A DNA stretch of 36,619 nucleotides from a bacterium (GTDB lineage: Bacteria; Patescibacteriota; Minisyncoccia; Phycocordibacterales; Phycocordibacteraceae). The stretch lies in contig OMJE01000023.1 of NCBI GenBank assembly GCA_900299275.1, positions 1-36,619 of the forward strand, written 5' to 3'. Numbering within the stretch: position 1 is the stretch's first letter; each line of letters opens with the position of its first letter. The notes below the pieces were generated by a model that was given only the letters and a program-made list of their open reading frames with translations, made no database searches and had not been told where the DNA came from. The position numbers were made by a program, and so were the translations under genes. Below, one piece after another: positions 1 to 8,377 of the stretch.

Positions 1-318
1 AAAAATGGAGCGGATAAAGAGAAACAACGCGCCCGTCCGGAGCACAAAGGGCGCTGCCGGCAGTTTGTACCAAAGCACCATAATGATCGTGAATATTACA
101 GCCGCAAAAGCGCCGTACACGAACAGCCACTCAACGTTGTAGACGGGCGTGTTACTGAGAATGATGTCTTCGACAGGATTGCTTGCCACAACAGTGGCAT
201 ATCGCGCTGACAGAAAAACAGAAATGAGACTTCCCGCAAAAACGAGGACGCCAGACAGGAGACGAAAAAAGAAGGTTCGCTCTCTGATGACGTCTTTGTT
301 GGCGCGACGGTAATTCAT
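1..318 (-). CDS. membrane protein, 5' part only (ORF continues past the left window edge)
   Basis: ATG at 318-316 on the minus strand, followed by 106 sense codons to position 1 with no stop. The translation MNYRRANKDVIRERTFFFRLLSGVLVFAGSLISVFLSARY...VYGAFAAVIFTIIMVLWY has 2-3 hydrophobic helices. It is absent from the ORF track because it has no stop in the window. No family recognised. Confidence 0.4.
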   Translation of the reverse strand, partial: MNYRRANKDVIRERTFFFRLLSGVLVFAGSLISVFLSARYATVVASNPVEDIILSNTPVYNVEWLFVYGAFAAVIFTIIMVLWYKLPAAPFVLRTGALFLFIRSIF

Positions 319-376
319 AGTGGTGCCCTAAAACATACCTAGTCTAGCACAATTAAGACCTCTGTACCGTGGTAGA

Positions 377-1126
377 ATGCGGCACATAAAGACTATGGCA
401 TCAGTACGGCTGTCGTTCGTCATACCTACGCTTCGTGAAGAAGCTTTTCTTGAGCGGACACTGAAGAATTTGCAAACGCTTGAGATGCCGCATGAGGTTA
501 TCATCACGGACGGCGGGAGTACCGATGGCACTCTGGCTATAGCGCGCCGCTACACTGATCTCGTAGAAGTGTGGGGTCTGCCGCGACGCCAAACCTTTGG
601 CGAAGCAAAAAATGCCGGCGCAAAACGTGCGCAAGCTGAATTCGTTGTGTTCATTGATGCTGACGTCCTTATCCCAAACCCAAATGAATTCTTCGCCAAA
701 GCGCTCTCGCTCTTCGACGCCGATCCAAAGCTTCTCGGCCTCACGGTGCCTCTTCGGCCGTGGCCAGAGAATCATTCTGTTATTGATCGTTTGGCAAGCG
801 CGCCGCTCAATTGGTTTTACGTGGTGATCAACAATATTTTTCATATCGGAAATTCGTCGGGCGAATTTCAAATGGTGCGCAAGGATGCTTTTGACCAGAT
901 TGGCGGATTTTCAGAAACGCTCGCGGCTGGCGAAGATAACGAACTTTTTCGAGCATTTTCTAAGGTCGGAAAAACACGCTCATGCCGGCAGCTGTCGGTG
1001 CAGCATTCGCTGCGTCGCGCGCACAAGCTCGGTTGGCTGCGCACGTATGGTATTTGGATTCGCAATGGCTTGTCGGTAATGCTGCGTGGCCGCGCAGCTT
1101 ACAAGGAATGGTCAGTGGTGCGCTAG
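377..1126 (+). CDS. family 2 glycosyltransferase (GT-A fold)
   Basis: N-terminal SFVIPTLREE...IITDGGSTDGT...AKNAGA...VVFIDADV pattern is typical of GT2 enzymes, including the DxD-like DAD. An alternative start at ATG 395 is possible because TAGAAT at 373-378 looks like a -10 box. Confidence 0.85.
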   Translation: MRHIKTMASVRLSFVIPTLREEAFLERTLKNLQTLEMPHEVIITDGGSTDGTLAIARRYTDLVEVWGLPRRQTFGEAKNAGAKRAQAEFVVFIDADVLIPNPNEFFAKALSLFDADPKLLGLTVPLRPWPENHSVIDRLASAPLNWFYVVINNIFHIGNSSGEFQMVRKDAFDQIGGFSETLAAGEDNELFRAFSKVGKTRSCRQLSVQHSLRRAHKLGWLRTYGIWIRNGLSVMLRGRAAYKEWSVVR

Positions 1127-2145
1127 GCGCGATTTTGCCCGATGCAGGCAAGTGATTCCATAAAAAGCTCCGTCGAGCGCCCCCACGAGTATTGCAGTGC
1201 AGCGGTACGACATGCTTCTTTCGATAGGGAAAGTGACTTAAGTGCGGCGTCACGCAAATCATCGCTAAGGTAGCCGGTGACGCCATTTGTGACGATATCT
1301 CCTGGGCCCATCACATCGTGGGCCGCCACGGGTATGCCACACGACAGGGCTTCGATTGCCACAAGTCCAAAGGTCTCGGTGCGCGACGGGAAGACAAGTA
1401 CATCACCGAGCGAGAGCCAATCGACGAGTTCGTGCCCACGGCGGTAACCAGCGAATATGACGTTGCTATCGCCATACCTTCGCTCGAGCTTTGGTCGGTC
1501 GGGACCATCACCGATGACTAGCTTTGTCCCCGGCAGATCGAGCATAAGAAACTCTTCCGGGCTTTTTTCGGGAGCCAGTCGTCCCACATATACGAATACC
1601 GGATTCGTAAGTTTTGGAAGATTAGGATTTGTGCGATGCATGAAGAAATCGGTATCAACGCCAAAAGGTATGACCGTTACATTTAAGAATCCGAGCTTCA
1701 CCAGTTCGCGCTCTAAGGTGGGCGTGGAGACAAAGGTGCGGGCAGCTGAAGCGTGGAAACGGCGCAGGAAAAGTGTCACAAGAGAAAGTAAACCCCGCAG
1801 TCGTTTTTCAACATACAAATGGAAGTGTGTGTGATACGACGTAGTAAATGGAATGTGCTTGCGTATACAGTAGCGTCGGGCTGCCCACCCAAGCGGGCCT
1901 TCCGTCATAATATGAATCGCGTCAGGATGCTCTTCAGAGAGTAGGCGGCTCATGGATCGGTATGGGAAAAGAGCGAGGCGTATCTCACGGTAGAAGGGCA
2001 GTGGCATACTACGAAACAGTGCCGGATGAATGCCGACAACGATAACGCCCTTATGCGCGAGTTCTGCAGCATAGGCGTCCTGAACTCGCGCAACGCCATT
2101 TACCTGGGGAGACCACGTATCGCTTACGAACACTACCTTTTTCAT
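1123..2145 (-). CDS. family 4 glycosyltransferase (GT-B, Glycos_transf_1 type)
   Basis: VFVSDTWSPQVNGVARV N-terminus, GRLAPEKSPEEF, and the E-x7-E region FPSRTETFGLVAIEALSCGIPV. Its stop overlaps the GT2 stop by 4 nt (CTAG). Confidence 0.85.
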   Translation of the reverse strand: MKKVVFVSDTWSPQVNGVARVQDAYAAELAHKGVIVVGIHPALFRSMPLPFYREIRLALFPYRSMSRLLSEEHPDAIHIMTEGPLGWAARRYCIRKHIPFTTSYHTHFHLYVEKRLRGLLSLVTLFLRRFHASAARTFVSTPTLERELVKLGFLNVTVIPFGVDTDFFMHRTNPNLPKLTNPVFVYVGRLAPEKSPEEFLMLDLPGTKLVIGDGPDRPKLERRYGDSNVIFAGYRRGHELVDWLSLGDVLVFPSRTETFGLVAIEALSCGIPVAAHDVMGPGDIVTNGVTGYLSDDLRDAALKSLSLSKEACRTAALQYSWGRSTELFMESLACIGQNRA

Positions 2146-2160
2146 ATCGCAATACTGCCT

Positions 2161-2778
2161 CTACCAGTCAACCTGCGCAAGACGTGCGCTCAGATGTCGT
2201 AGAAAGACAAAAGCCATGGTCAGCAAGATGACAATGACTGAAATTTGCAGTTGTTGGGGCATTTGCGCAATGATATTCCCGAAGTAGTAACCGACGGCCA
2301 TCATAAAGCTCGTCCAGAGGATGCCGGCGAGCATATTGATTGTCAAAAATCTATAAAATGGCGTCCGCAGCAGGCCCGCAACCGTGAGGATGGGCACAGC
2401 GAGACCAAATCCCATAGTAAGTTTTGAAATAATGAGAATACGTGAGTGATACCGTTGAAAGCGGCGCTCAACTTTTTCTACCGTATCGGGCGCAAATCCG
2501 AACCAGTAGCCGTATCGGCGTACAAAGGGGCGTCCTGCGAAGTAACCGATGTTGTACCAAATGACGTCAGCCACAATATCGCCGCCGAAAAGCGCCATCA
2601 ATGCCGGGAAAAATTGCACGACGCCCACATGCCAGAGCACGCCACCAGCCAGCATCACCACGGGCCCCTCAAGTAACGTACCCATAAACAGAAGTACGTA
2701 CCGAGAGTGCATGAGCAGATCAGCGAAAGCCTCCATAGGTTCTGATATACTTGAGTATACTATGGATGCCATCATCAT
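2161..2778 (-). CDS. DedA/SNARE-associated family membrane protein
   Basis: Multi-TM protein with DedA-like LLFMGTLLEGPVVMLAGG...GRPFVRRYG...HSRILIISKLTMGFG. The start is uncertain. Starting at Met15 (2736) would remove the overlap with the divergent PAP2 gene. Confidence 0.75.
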   Translation of the reverse strand: MMMASIVYSSISEPMEAFADLLMHSRYVLLFMGTLLEGPVVMLAGGVLWHVGVVQFFPALMALFGGDIVADVIWYNIGYFAGRPFVRRYGYWFGFAPDTVEKVERRFQRYHSRILIISKLTMGFGLAVPILTVAGLLRTPFYRFLTINMLAGILWTSFMMAVGYYFGNIIAQMPQQLQISVIVILLTMAFVFLRHLSARLAQVDW

Positions 2779-3232
2779 TTTTTGTGCGAAGTATCTTATT
2801 TATATTATGGGAATTGCTTTTCTTTACATTGGCTACACGACGAAAGACAGAGAACGATTTATTCGTCTCACGGTGGTGACGGCACTCTTGGCGCTCTTGT
2901 TCTTGTTTGTTGGTCGTTTGGCATACGACAATCCGCGGCCGTTCGTGGTCACGGGCATTCCGCCACTCGTTGCACATGCGCCTGACAATGGCTTTCCGTC
3001 CGGGCATGCGCTCGCTGCGGGCATCATGGCTGCCGTAGTGATGGTGCCATCACCACTTGCCGGTATTTTTTTCTGGATCGCTGCCGTACTCGTCGGTGCC
3101 GGCAGAGTGCTCGCACGCGTGCATCACGTTATTGATGTTCTTGCCTCGTTTCTGATAGTGCTTGTGAGCCTGCGCCTTGCGCTACGCGTGCCGCGTCTCT
3201 TCACCGTGACGCGTCACACAAAAGACAGCTAA
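2762..3232 (+). CDS. PAP2-family phosphatase (undecaprenyl-diphosphatase / phosphatidic acid phosphatase type)
   Basis: All three PAP2 motifs are present: YDNPRPF, FPSGHA, GRVLARVHHVIDV. I start it at ATG 2762 (MDAIIIF...). The longer track ORF from 2549 is antisense to dedA and has no TM or homology features. Confidence 0.8.
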   Translation: MDAIIIFCAKYLIYIMGIAFLYIGYTTKDRERFIRLTVVTALLALLFLFVGRLAYDNPRPFVVTGIPPLVAHAPDNGFPSGHALAAGIMAAVVMVPSPLAGIFFWIAAVLVGAGRVLARVHHVIDVLASFLIVLVSLRLALRVPRLFTVTRHTKDS

Positions 3233-3234
3233 CA

Positions 3235-4272
3235 CTATTTTCCGCGTCCGTAGATTTTTTTGAGCTCTGCGACGTGCGCTGCGTAGGTATCGTTGCAGTG
3301 GAATTTACCGCTATCATCATGGAAATAGAAGAGACATGGTGTACTTTTCGGATTAAGTGCCGCAACGATAGCGGCGACCGAAGGTGTGGCGATGGGGTTG
3401 GGCGGCAGTCCTTGATGCAAGTAGGTGTTGTAGGCTGAGCTGCGGAAACGATCCGCCGGCACGACCGTCGGCCACCATGCTCGTCCATTGCCTGCCGACG
3501 CTTTGGCGTATTGCAGCGTCGCATCAATTTGCAAATTCATACCAAGAAAGAGGCGATTCCAAATGATGCCGGAAATCATGCGCATATCATCCCCGCCGCC
3601 TGCTTCACGCTCAATGAGGGAGGCGATGGTGAGTGCTTCTTCGAGAGGGACTTTATCTGCGGTGGTCGACGCATAACGCGCGAGTACTGTCTTGGTGAAT
3701 CGATCATTAACGAGATCCTGCGCCTGCTGTGGGGAGTAGCCGCGCTCAACAGTATACGTGCCGGGCGCAAATGATCCTTCCGACAATGGAAGGATAGCGT
3801 AAGCGCTTTTAGTGAGAAACGCTTGTCGGTCGCGTGCATTCCAGCCGAGCGTGCCCCCGAAGGCGTTCGCAACTTGCTCTCGTCGCATGCCAGGCATCAC
3901 GATAACCGTGCGTCCGTCGAGGGCAGCGATGTTTTGATACCACGGAGCTGTCGCAATGCTGCGGGCCATGTGCTCAAAGAAGCGGACGACCATGTTTTGC
4001 GAATGATAGGCAGTACTGAGAGGGGACTGTGGACCATCAAGCAACGCATTTACCGACTCGTTCTCCACAATCTTTTTGTGTGCAGGATCTACAGTCACCG
4101 GAAATTCTTTGAATTCAGGCAAAATGGCTTCATTGCCCATATTTGCGGTGTACGAGATGATCGTCGGAAAGAGGAGTGCAAAAATAACAAAACAGACCGC
4201 AAGAGCGGCAACAACAATGAGACCTCGCGAGAGGTAGGTGTAGGATCGTGCCTTCACTTTTTTAGTATACAC
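3235..4272 (-). CDS. mltG: endolytic murein transglycosylase MltG (YceG-like)
   Basis: N-terminal TM anchor, catalytic-region ASLIEREAG...IWNRL...MNLQIDATLQYA, and YNTYLHQGLPPNPIATPS. Start is GTG at 4272. An alternative is GTG at 4257, which lies 6 nt after a TATACT box (4269-4264, minus). Confidence 0.85.
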   Translation of the reverse strand: MYTKKVKARSYTYLSRGLIVVAALAVCFVIFALLFPTIISYTANMGNEAILPEFKEFPVTVDPAHKKIVENESVNALLDGPQSPLSTAYHSQNMVVRFFEHMARSIATAPWYQNIAALDGRTVIVMPGMRREQVANAFGGTLGWNARDRQAFLTKSAYAILPLSEGSFAPGTYTVERGYSPQQAQDLVNDRFTKTVLARYASTTADKVPLEEALTIASLIEREAGGGDDMRMISGIIWNRLFLGMNLQIDATLQYAKASAGNGRAWWPTVVPADRFRSSAYNTYLHQGLPPNPIATPSVAAIVAALNPKSTPCLFYFHDDSGKFHCNDTYAAHVAELKKIYGRGK

Positions 4273-4316
4273 CGACTGAAGTCAGCGCTGTATATCTTGC
4301 GTATAGAATCGACGTT

Positions 4317-4838
4317 TCAGAACACCAAGTGCCAGACGTAGAGCAAAGCTTGGATCACCAGCTCTACTTTGAGGATCCACCAGGCATTTGCGATAAGCGT
4401 GGCTAGTACGAGGATGCCCCAATCGCGTCCCTTGAGGCCATTAAAGTGCTCTCGGCGGTAGTGGATGGCCACGATCACAGGATCGATAGGGAGGAGCAGG
4501 GTAATGAAGACAACTGGGCTCAATATTTTCTCCCACCAATGATCCTTCTTTTTTCCGACCCATGTCATGAGCTTTGCGATGCTGCTCTTGTTCTCTTCGC
4601 GCTCAAGCTCGCGCAGCGCGTGTGCGCCGAGCCAGTCGACCCGCATATATTCATAGAGCCAAAAAAAGCAGACGTTAGCCGCGAGCGATATAACAATGGC
4701 GACCGCGGCACCATCCTGTAGTCCCCAGAACGTAAGGGCAAAGGGATAGAAGATAAAATCAAAAACATAGTTCATTGCCTCGTATACAACTAGGCCGATA
4801 CCGATATCACGTAATTTCTTGATGTGAACAGTAATCAT
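4317..4838 (-). CDS. hypothetical integral membrane protein
   Basis: 173-aa ORF with about 4 hydrophobic helices and a charged central loop (ELEREENKSS...KKKDHWWEK). No family recognised. Confidence 0.5.
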   Translation of the reverse strand: MITVHIKKLRDIGIGLVVYEAMNYVFDFIFYPFALTFWGLQDGAAVAIVISLAANVCFFWLYEYMRVDWLGAHALRELEREENKSSIAKLMTWVGKKKDHWWEKILSPVVFITLLLPIDPVIVAIHYRREHFNGLKGRDWGILVLATLIANAWWILKVELVIQALLYVWHLVF

Positions 4839-4919
4839 TGCGACCGTAAAAGTATAGCATGCGCGTGTACAACCTTGTGGCGCCCTGCACGAGTTTGGTA
4901 TACTTCAAACTTACATCAC

Positions 4920-5729
4920 ATGGTTTCGCGAGAGAATCTACCCACACACGATAGAGAAGCATTCAATAGCTTTGTATACTTTCCGCTAGAGGATGCCGTG
5001 AGAGAGCTCCTTGAGCGGGAACGGGACAAACAGCTCGAGGAATATGTTGAAAAGTCCCTTCCCGACGGCCTGCCAGATGCCATGAAGGGACACAAAACAT
5101 TTGCATTATTTAGGCATCTGGCTACTTCAAATTATGAAATACACCGATTTGCAATGGTGGCAGATGCATTTCCAGAATTTAAGCCATTGATTTTAGAATT
5201 TGCAGAAGATAAGTTTAATGATCGTAACGAGTGGAAGTATTTTTTAGGGAAGTTAAGATTTCATAAAGGAGTAGATAAACACGGACAGCCGATTGTTGAG
5301 CATTTGGGAATCATCAATTTTAATGAGAGTAACAATAAGCCAATTTCTTCTTTACATACTCACTGGGGCGAGCGTTTTGTAGATTTTCACCATCGACTTT
5401 TTAATACTTCGTTCCCGCAGCTAAAAGACAACGTATACGACCTATCAGATTGGCTAAAAAATATTGCCCCAAGTGCAAAAGAATACTACAAAACATTTTT
5501 CACCCTGTTTCTACGAGATGGCATTCTATTTGAAAACTTTATTCCCGAGGGCAAGGAATTCACTTTTACGCGCGATGTAATTTTACCCGCTCTGCTTGAA
5601 ATACAAGAGGAAACCGGAAAAAAACCTCTGGTAGTCGCGCTGGAGCCCACGGACATCGAAGGCGATCAATTTTGGCTCTCGCATCCGCACGCGGTCAAGA
5701 GCAGCATTGACGCTACTCCGCGGCAATAG
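4920..5729 (+). CDS. hypothetical protein (His/aromatic-rich, no family recognised)
   Basis: Started at ATG 4920 (MVSRENL...). TGGTATACT extended -10 at 4897-4904. Most of the gene lies in a visibly AT-richer stretch. Contains HTHWGERFVDFHHRLF. Confidence 0.6.
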   Translation: MVSRENLPTHDREAFNSFVYFPLEDAVRELLERERDKQLEEYVEKSLPDGLPDAMKGHKTFALFRHLATSNYEIHRFAMVADAFPEFKPLILEFAEDKFNDRNEWKYFLGKLRFHKGVDKHGQPIVEHLGIINFNESNNKPISSLHTHWGERFVDFHHRLFNTSFPQLKDNVYDLSDWLKNIAPSAKEYYKTFFTLFLRDGILFENFIPEGKEFTFTRDVILPALLEIQEETGKKPLVVALEPTDIEGDQFWLSHPHAVKSSIDATPRQ

Positions 5730-5743
5730 ACGCTTCATCTGGG

Positions 5744-6289
5744 CTACTCCGCAGACAACATCTCGCGGACGGTGGAGCAAAAGTACGGCTTGCAACGAGC
5801 AACAAAGTCTGGATTCTTCCACTCATTGCCAGTAATAACTTTTCGGCAGTTTGGCGCCCCGCAAGTGCAATCCAGTCGATAGTTAGGATTTGTATTCAAA
5901 AAGGAATAATCAAGCAGAAATTCTGTGCCATTTGGGATGTCCGCAATTGCTACATAATTGTCGTGCTCATCAAAGCCTGTGTTTGGGGCACAGCTATGAT
6001 TAAAATAATTAATGGGCCTCAAGTAATTTAAATTAGCAGGCATAAAAACTGTATCGACAGTAATAGTAGAGTGTGCTTTAACCAGCTCTTTCGTGTCAGA
6101 GTCGAGCATTTCGTATTCGGAAACGCTCATCACGTTTCCATCCTCAAATTCTTCTGAACGAACGATAATTTCTCCAATGGAGAAATTGCGATTTGCAAAG
6201 GATCCTACTTGGCCTGGCAAAATGATAGAGGGTCTGATGCGAATATAGGCACGGGGATACGAGAGGTGGTCAAAGTGTCGTGTTGACAT
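5744..6289 (-). CDS. SET-domain protein (putative protein-lysine methyltransferase) with post-SET Cys cluster
   Basis: NYFNHSCAPN, GTEFLLDYSF and the post-SET CTCGAPNCRK motif. Started at ATG 6289 (MSTRHF...). Confidence 0.8.
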   Translation of the reverse strand: MSTRHFDHLSYPRAYIRIRPSIILPGQVGSFANRNFSIGEIIVRSEEFEDGNVMSVSEYEMLDSDTKELVKAHSTITVDTVFMPANLNYLRPINYFNHSCAPNTGFDEHDNYVAIADIPNGTEFLLDYSFLNTNPNYRLDCTCGAPNCRKVITGNEWKNPDFVARCKPYFCSTVREMLSAE

Positions 6290-6326
6290 AGGCGTAGGGG
6301 TTCGTGATGCTATACTAGTAAGCAAG

Positions 6327-6683
6327 ATGAGCTGGAATACCAAGCACATTCTCACGGCATTTATCAGTGCAGCCGCGCTGATTGGTGTCTATCGGTATTT
6401 TGACTATGTTACTAGCCGGAACTTTCTGATGCAAGTAAACATTCCATGCAATCCGAGAGCCGAGGTGTGCTTTGAGAAGGTTAATAATGATGACGATGGT
6501 GATGAATATTATGCAAAACTCCAGATTACGGAACATTTGGCACCCCGCTGTCTGCAAGAGCATAGTTGCATAGATTTTTCGTGTCCGATTGAGCTTTCGG
6601 AAGGTGATATGTGTCACGTTGCGTATTGTTCTTCCGAAACGCTCGAGGAAGGTGAGACTTGCGCGATAGCTGAAGTACCCTAA
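6327..6683 (+). CDS. small membrane-anchored, acidic, Cys-rich protein (8 Cys)
   Basis: N-terminal TM (ILTAFISAAALIGVY) followed by an acidic domain with 8 Cys. TATACT at 6311-6316. The stop is 5 nt before the HK1 start, so co-transcription is likely. Confidence 0.55.
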   Translation: MSWNTKHILTAFISAAALIGVYRYFDYVTSRNFLMQVNIPCNPRAEVCFEKVNNDDDGDEYYAKLQITEHLAPRCLQEHSCIDFSCPIELSEGDMCHVAYCSSETLEEGETCAIAEVP

Positions 6684-6688
6684 ATATT

Positions 6689-8338
6689 ATGCTCGAGCAA
6701 TTCATTAGCATCAAATACTGTTACGAGTACCTCATCAGTCAAATACCAGTAGGCTTGCTTCTGTACTCACATATACCTACTGCAATCATTGCGCTGGCAT
6801 TTTCAGGGTATGTGCTCTTTAAAGAGCGTAGTTACCAAGCGTGGGCCCTCTTTGGCACTTGTGTTTGTTTTGCGCTGTGGTGTTTTGGTGACTTGGCATC
6901 ATGGTTTGACTTTAGTGCGCCACTTACGATGTTTGCGTGGTCGCTACTCGACCTGACGGCGCTTATCATGTTTTTCTTTGCCTTGTACTTCTTGTACTCA
7001 TTTGTGTCCGACGATACGTTGCCGGTCTGGGTACAGGTGGTAATTATGGCTTCAATCATGCCAACCGCATATTGGGCGCTCACTGGCGCAAACCTTCTGT
7101 ACTTTGATGCAAATTCCTGCGAAGCCGTAGAAAACAAGGCAATTTCTCTGTACCCCTATCTCGTAGAAGGTTTCTTGATTCTGACAGCTGTTGCGGTCGC
7201 TGGATATTATTATCGCAAGAACGCGGACCCTTCGGAACGCAGTAAAATTATCTTAGCAAGTGTAGGTACCATTCTATTTTTGGGATTCTTCTTTACGAGC
7301 ACGCTGGGAGTCAATATTCTAGTGAACGAGGCAAACTTAGAGAATGCGTATAATTATGAGATTTATGGTTTATTTGGAATGCCAATATTGCTTGGCTACC
7401 TAAGTTACCTGATTGTACGATTTAAATCATTTAATCTGAAAATCTTTGGCGCGCAAGCTCTCGTTGCGGCGCTGATTATTACCACGGCGTCCGAGATTGC
7501 CTTTGTGACGAGTACGGTAAACCAGATCCTGGTCTCAGTCACGCTCGCTCTGGTTATTATTTTTGGCAGGCAACTGACCAAAAGCGTGAAGATTGAAATT
7601 CTACATCGTGAGGAGATCGAGCGATTGGCTGTTGAGCTCGATAAGACAAATGCCAAACAGGAAACCTTGATTCACTTCATAGGACACGAGGTTAAAGGTT
7701 TCCTAACCAAGGATGCAGGGGCATTTGCGTCGCTCTCCGAAGGCGATTTTGGGGTCCTCCCCCCGGACACCAAGAATTTTGTTGACCAGGCGCTCGAGCA
7801 GACACGACGCGGGGTGGAAAGCGTCAGTTATATATTAAAAGCTTCTGATCTCAAGAAAGGCACTGTCGCGTACGTCAAACAACCGCTGGACCTTAAAGCC
7901 CTCGTACAAGAAGCAGTGGACGCAGCAAAAAGTAGCGCGGAGCATCGTGGCATTGAGCTTACCTTTGCGGCAGATGAAGGCGACTATCAAATGATGGGTG
8001 ACGCGCCGCAAATAAAGGATCATGTGGCGCGCAACCTCATTGAAAATGCGATTTACTATACGCCGAAAGGCTCCGTAAAAGTGCATCTCGCGCGCAATGG
8101 CAAAAAACTTCTGGTCGCCATTACCGATACTGGCGTTGGAATTACCGCCGAGGATATGAAGGTGCTTTTCACGGAGGGCGGACACGGAAAAGATTCCATC
8201 AGGGTGAATACACACTCAACGGGGTATGGTCTTTATATTGCGCAGCAAGTTGCGCAGGCCATGGGCGGTACAATACGCGCAGAAAGTGCCGGTACGGACA
8301 AAGGTTCTACCTTTACGCTTGAGTTTCCCGCTGCATAA
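6689..8338 (+). CDS. sensor histidine kinase, multi-TM (7TM-type) N-terminal sensor, paralogue 1
   Basis: About 290 aa of hydrophobic helices, a coiled linker, H-box LIHFIGHEVKG, N box NLIENAIYYTP, G1 DTGVGI, F LFTEGGHG, G2 STGYGLYIA. Confidence 0.85.
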   Translation: MLEQFISIKYCYEYLISQIPVGLLLYSHIPTAIIALAFSGYVLFKERSYQAWALFGTCVCFALWCFGDLASWFDFSAPLTMFAWSLLDLTALIMFFFALYFLYSFVSDDTLPVWVQVVIMASIMPTAYWALTGANLLYFDANSCEAVENKAISLYPYLVEGFLILTAVAVAGYYYRKNADPSERSKIILASVGTILFLGFFFTSTLGVNILVNEANLENAYNYEIYGLFGMPILLGYLSYLIVRFKSFNLKIFGAQALVAALIITTASEIAFVTSTVNQILVSVTLALVIIFGRQLTKSVKIEILHREEIERLAVELDKTNAKQETLIHFIGHEVKGFLTKDAGAFASLSEGDFGVLPPDTKNFVDQALEQTRRGVESVSYILKASDLKKGTVAYVKQPLDLKALVQEAVDAAKSSAEHRGIELTFAADEGDYQMMGDAPQIKDHVARNLIENAIYYTPKGSVKVHLARNGKKLLVAITDTGVGITAEDMKVLFTEGGHGKDSIRVNTHSTGYGLYIAQQVAQAMGGTIRAESAGTDKGSTFTLEFPAA

Positions 8339-8364
8339 GCCATCCTGAAACGCATCGCGCGTTG

Positions 8365-8370
8365 TATACT
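8365..8370 (+). promoter_or_regulatory. -10 box TATACT 7 nt upstream of the HK2 ATG (leaderless-type start)
   Basis: GCGTTGTATACT-cacataa-ATG. The same GCGTTGTATACT context precedes HK3. Confidence 0.45.
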
Positions 8371-8377
8371 CACATAA

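Noticed and set aside
2549-2761. N-terminal 71-aa extension of the PAP2 ORF.
   Set aside because: The extension is antisense to dedA coding sequence and is Pro/Ser/Thr-rich with no TM segment. The PAP2 homology starts after Met at 2762.
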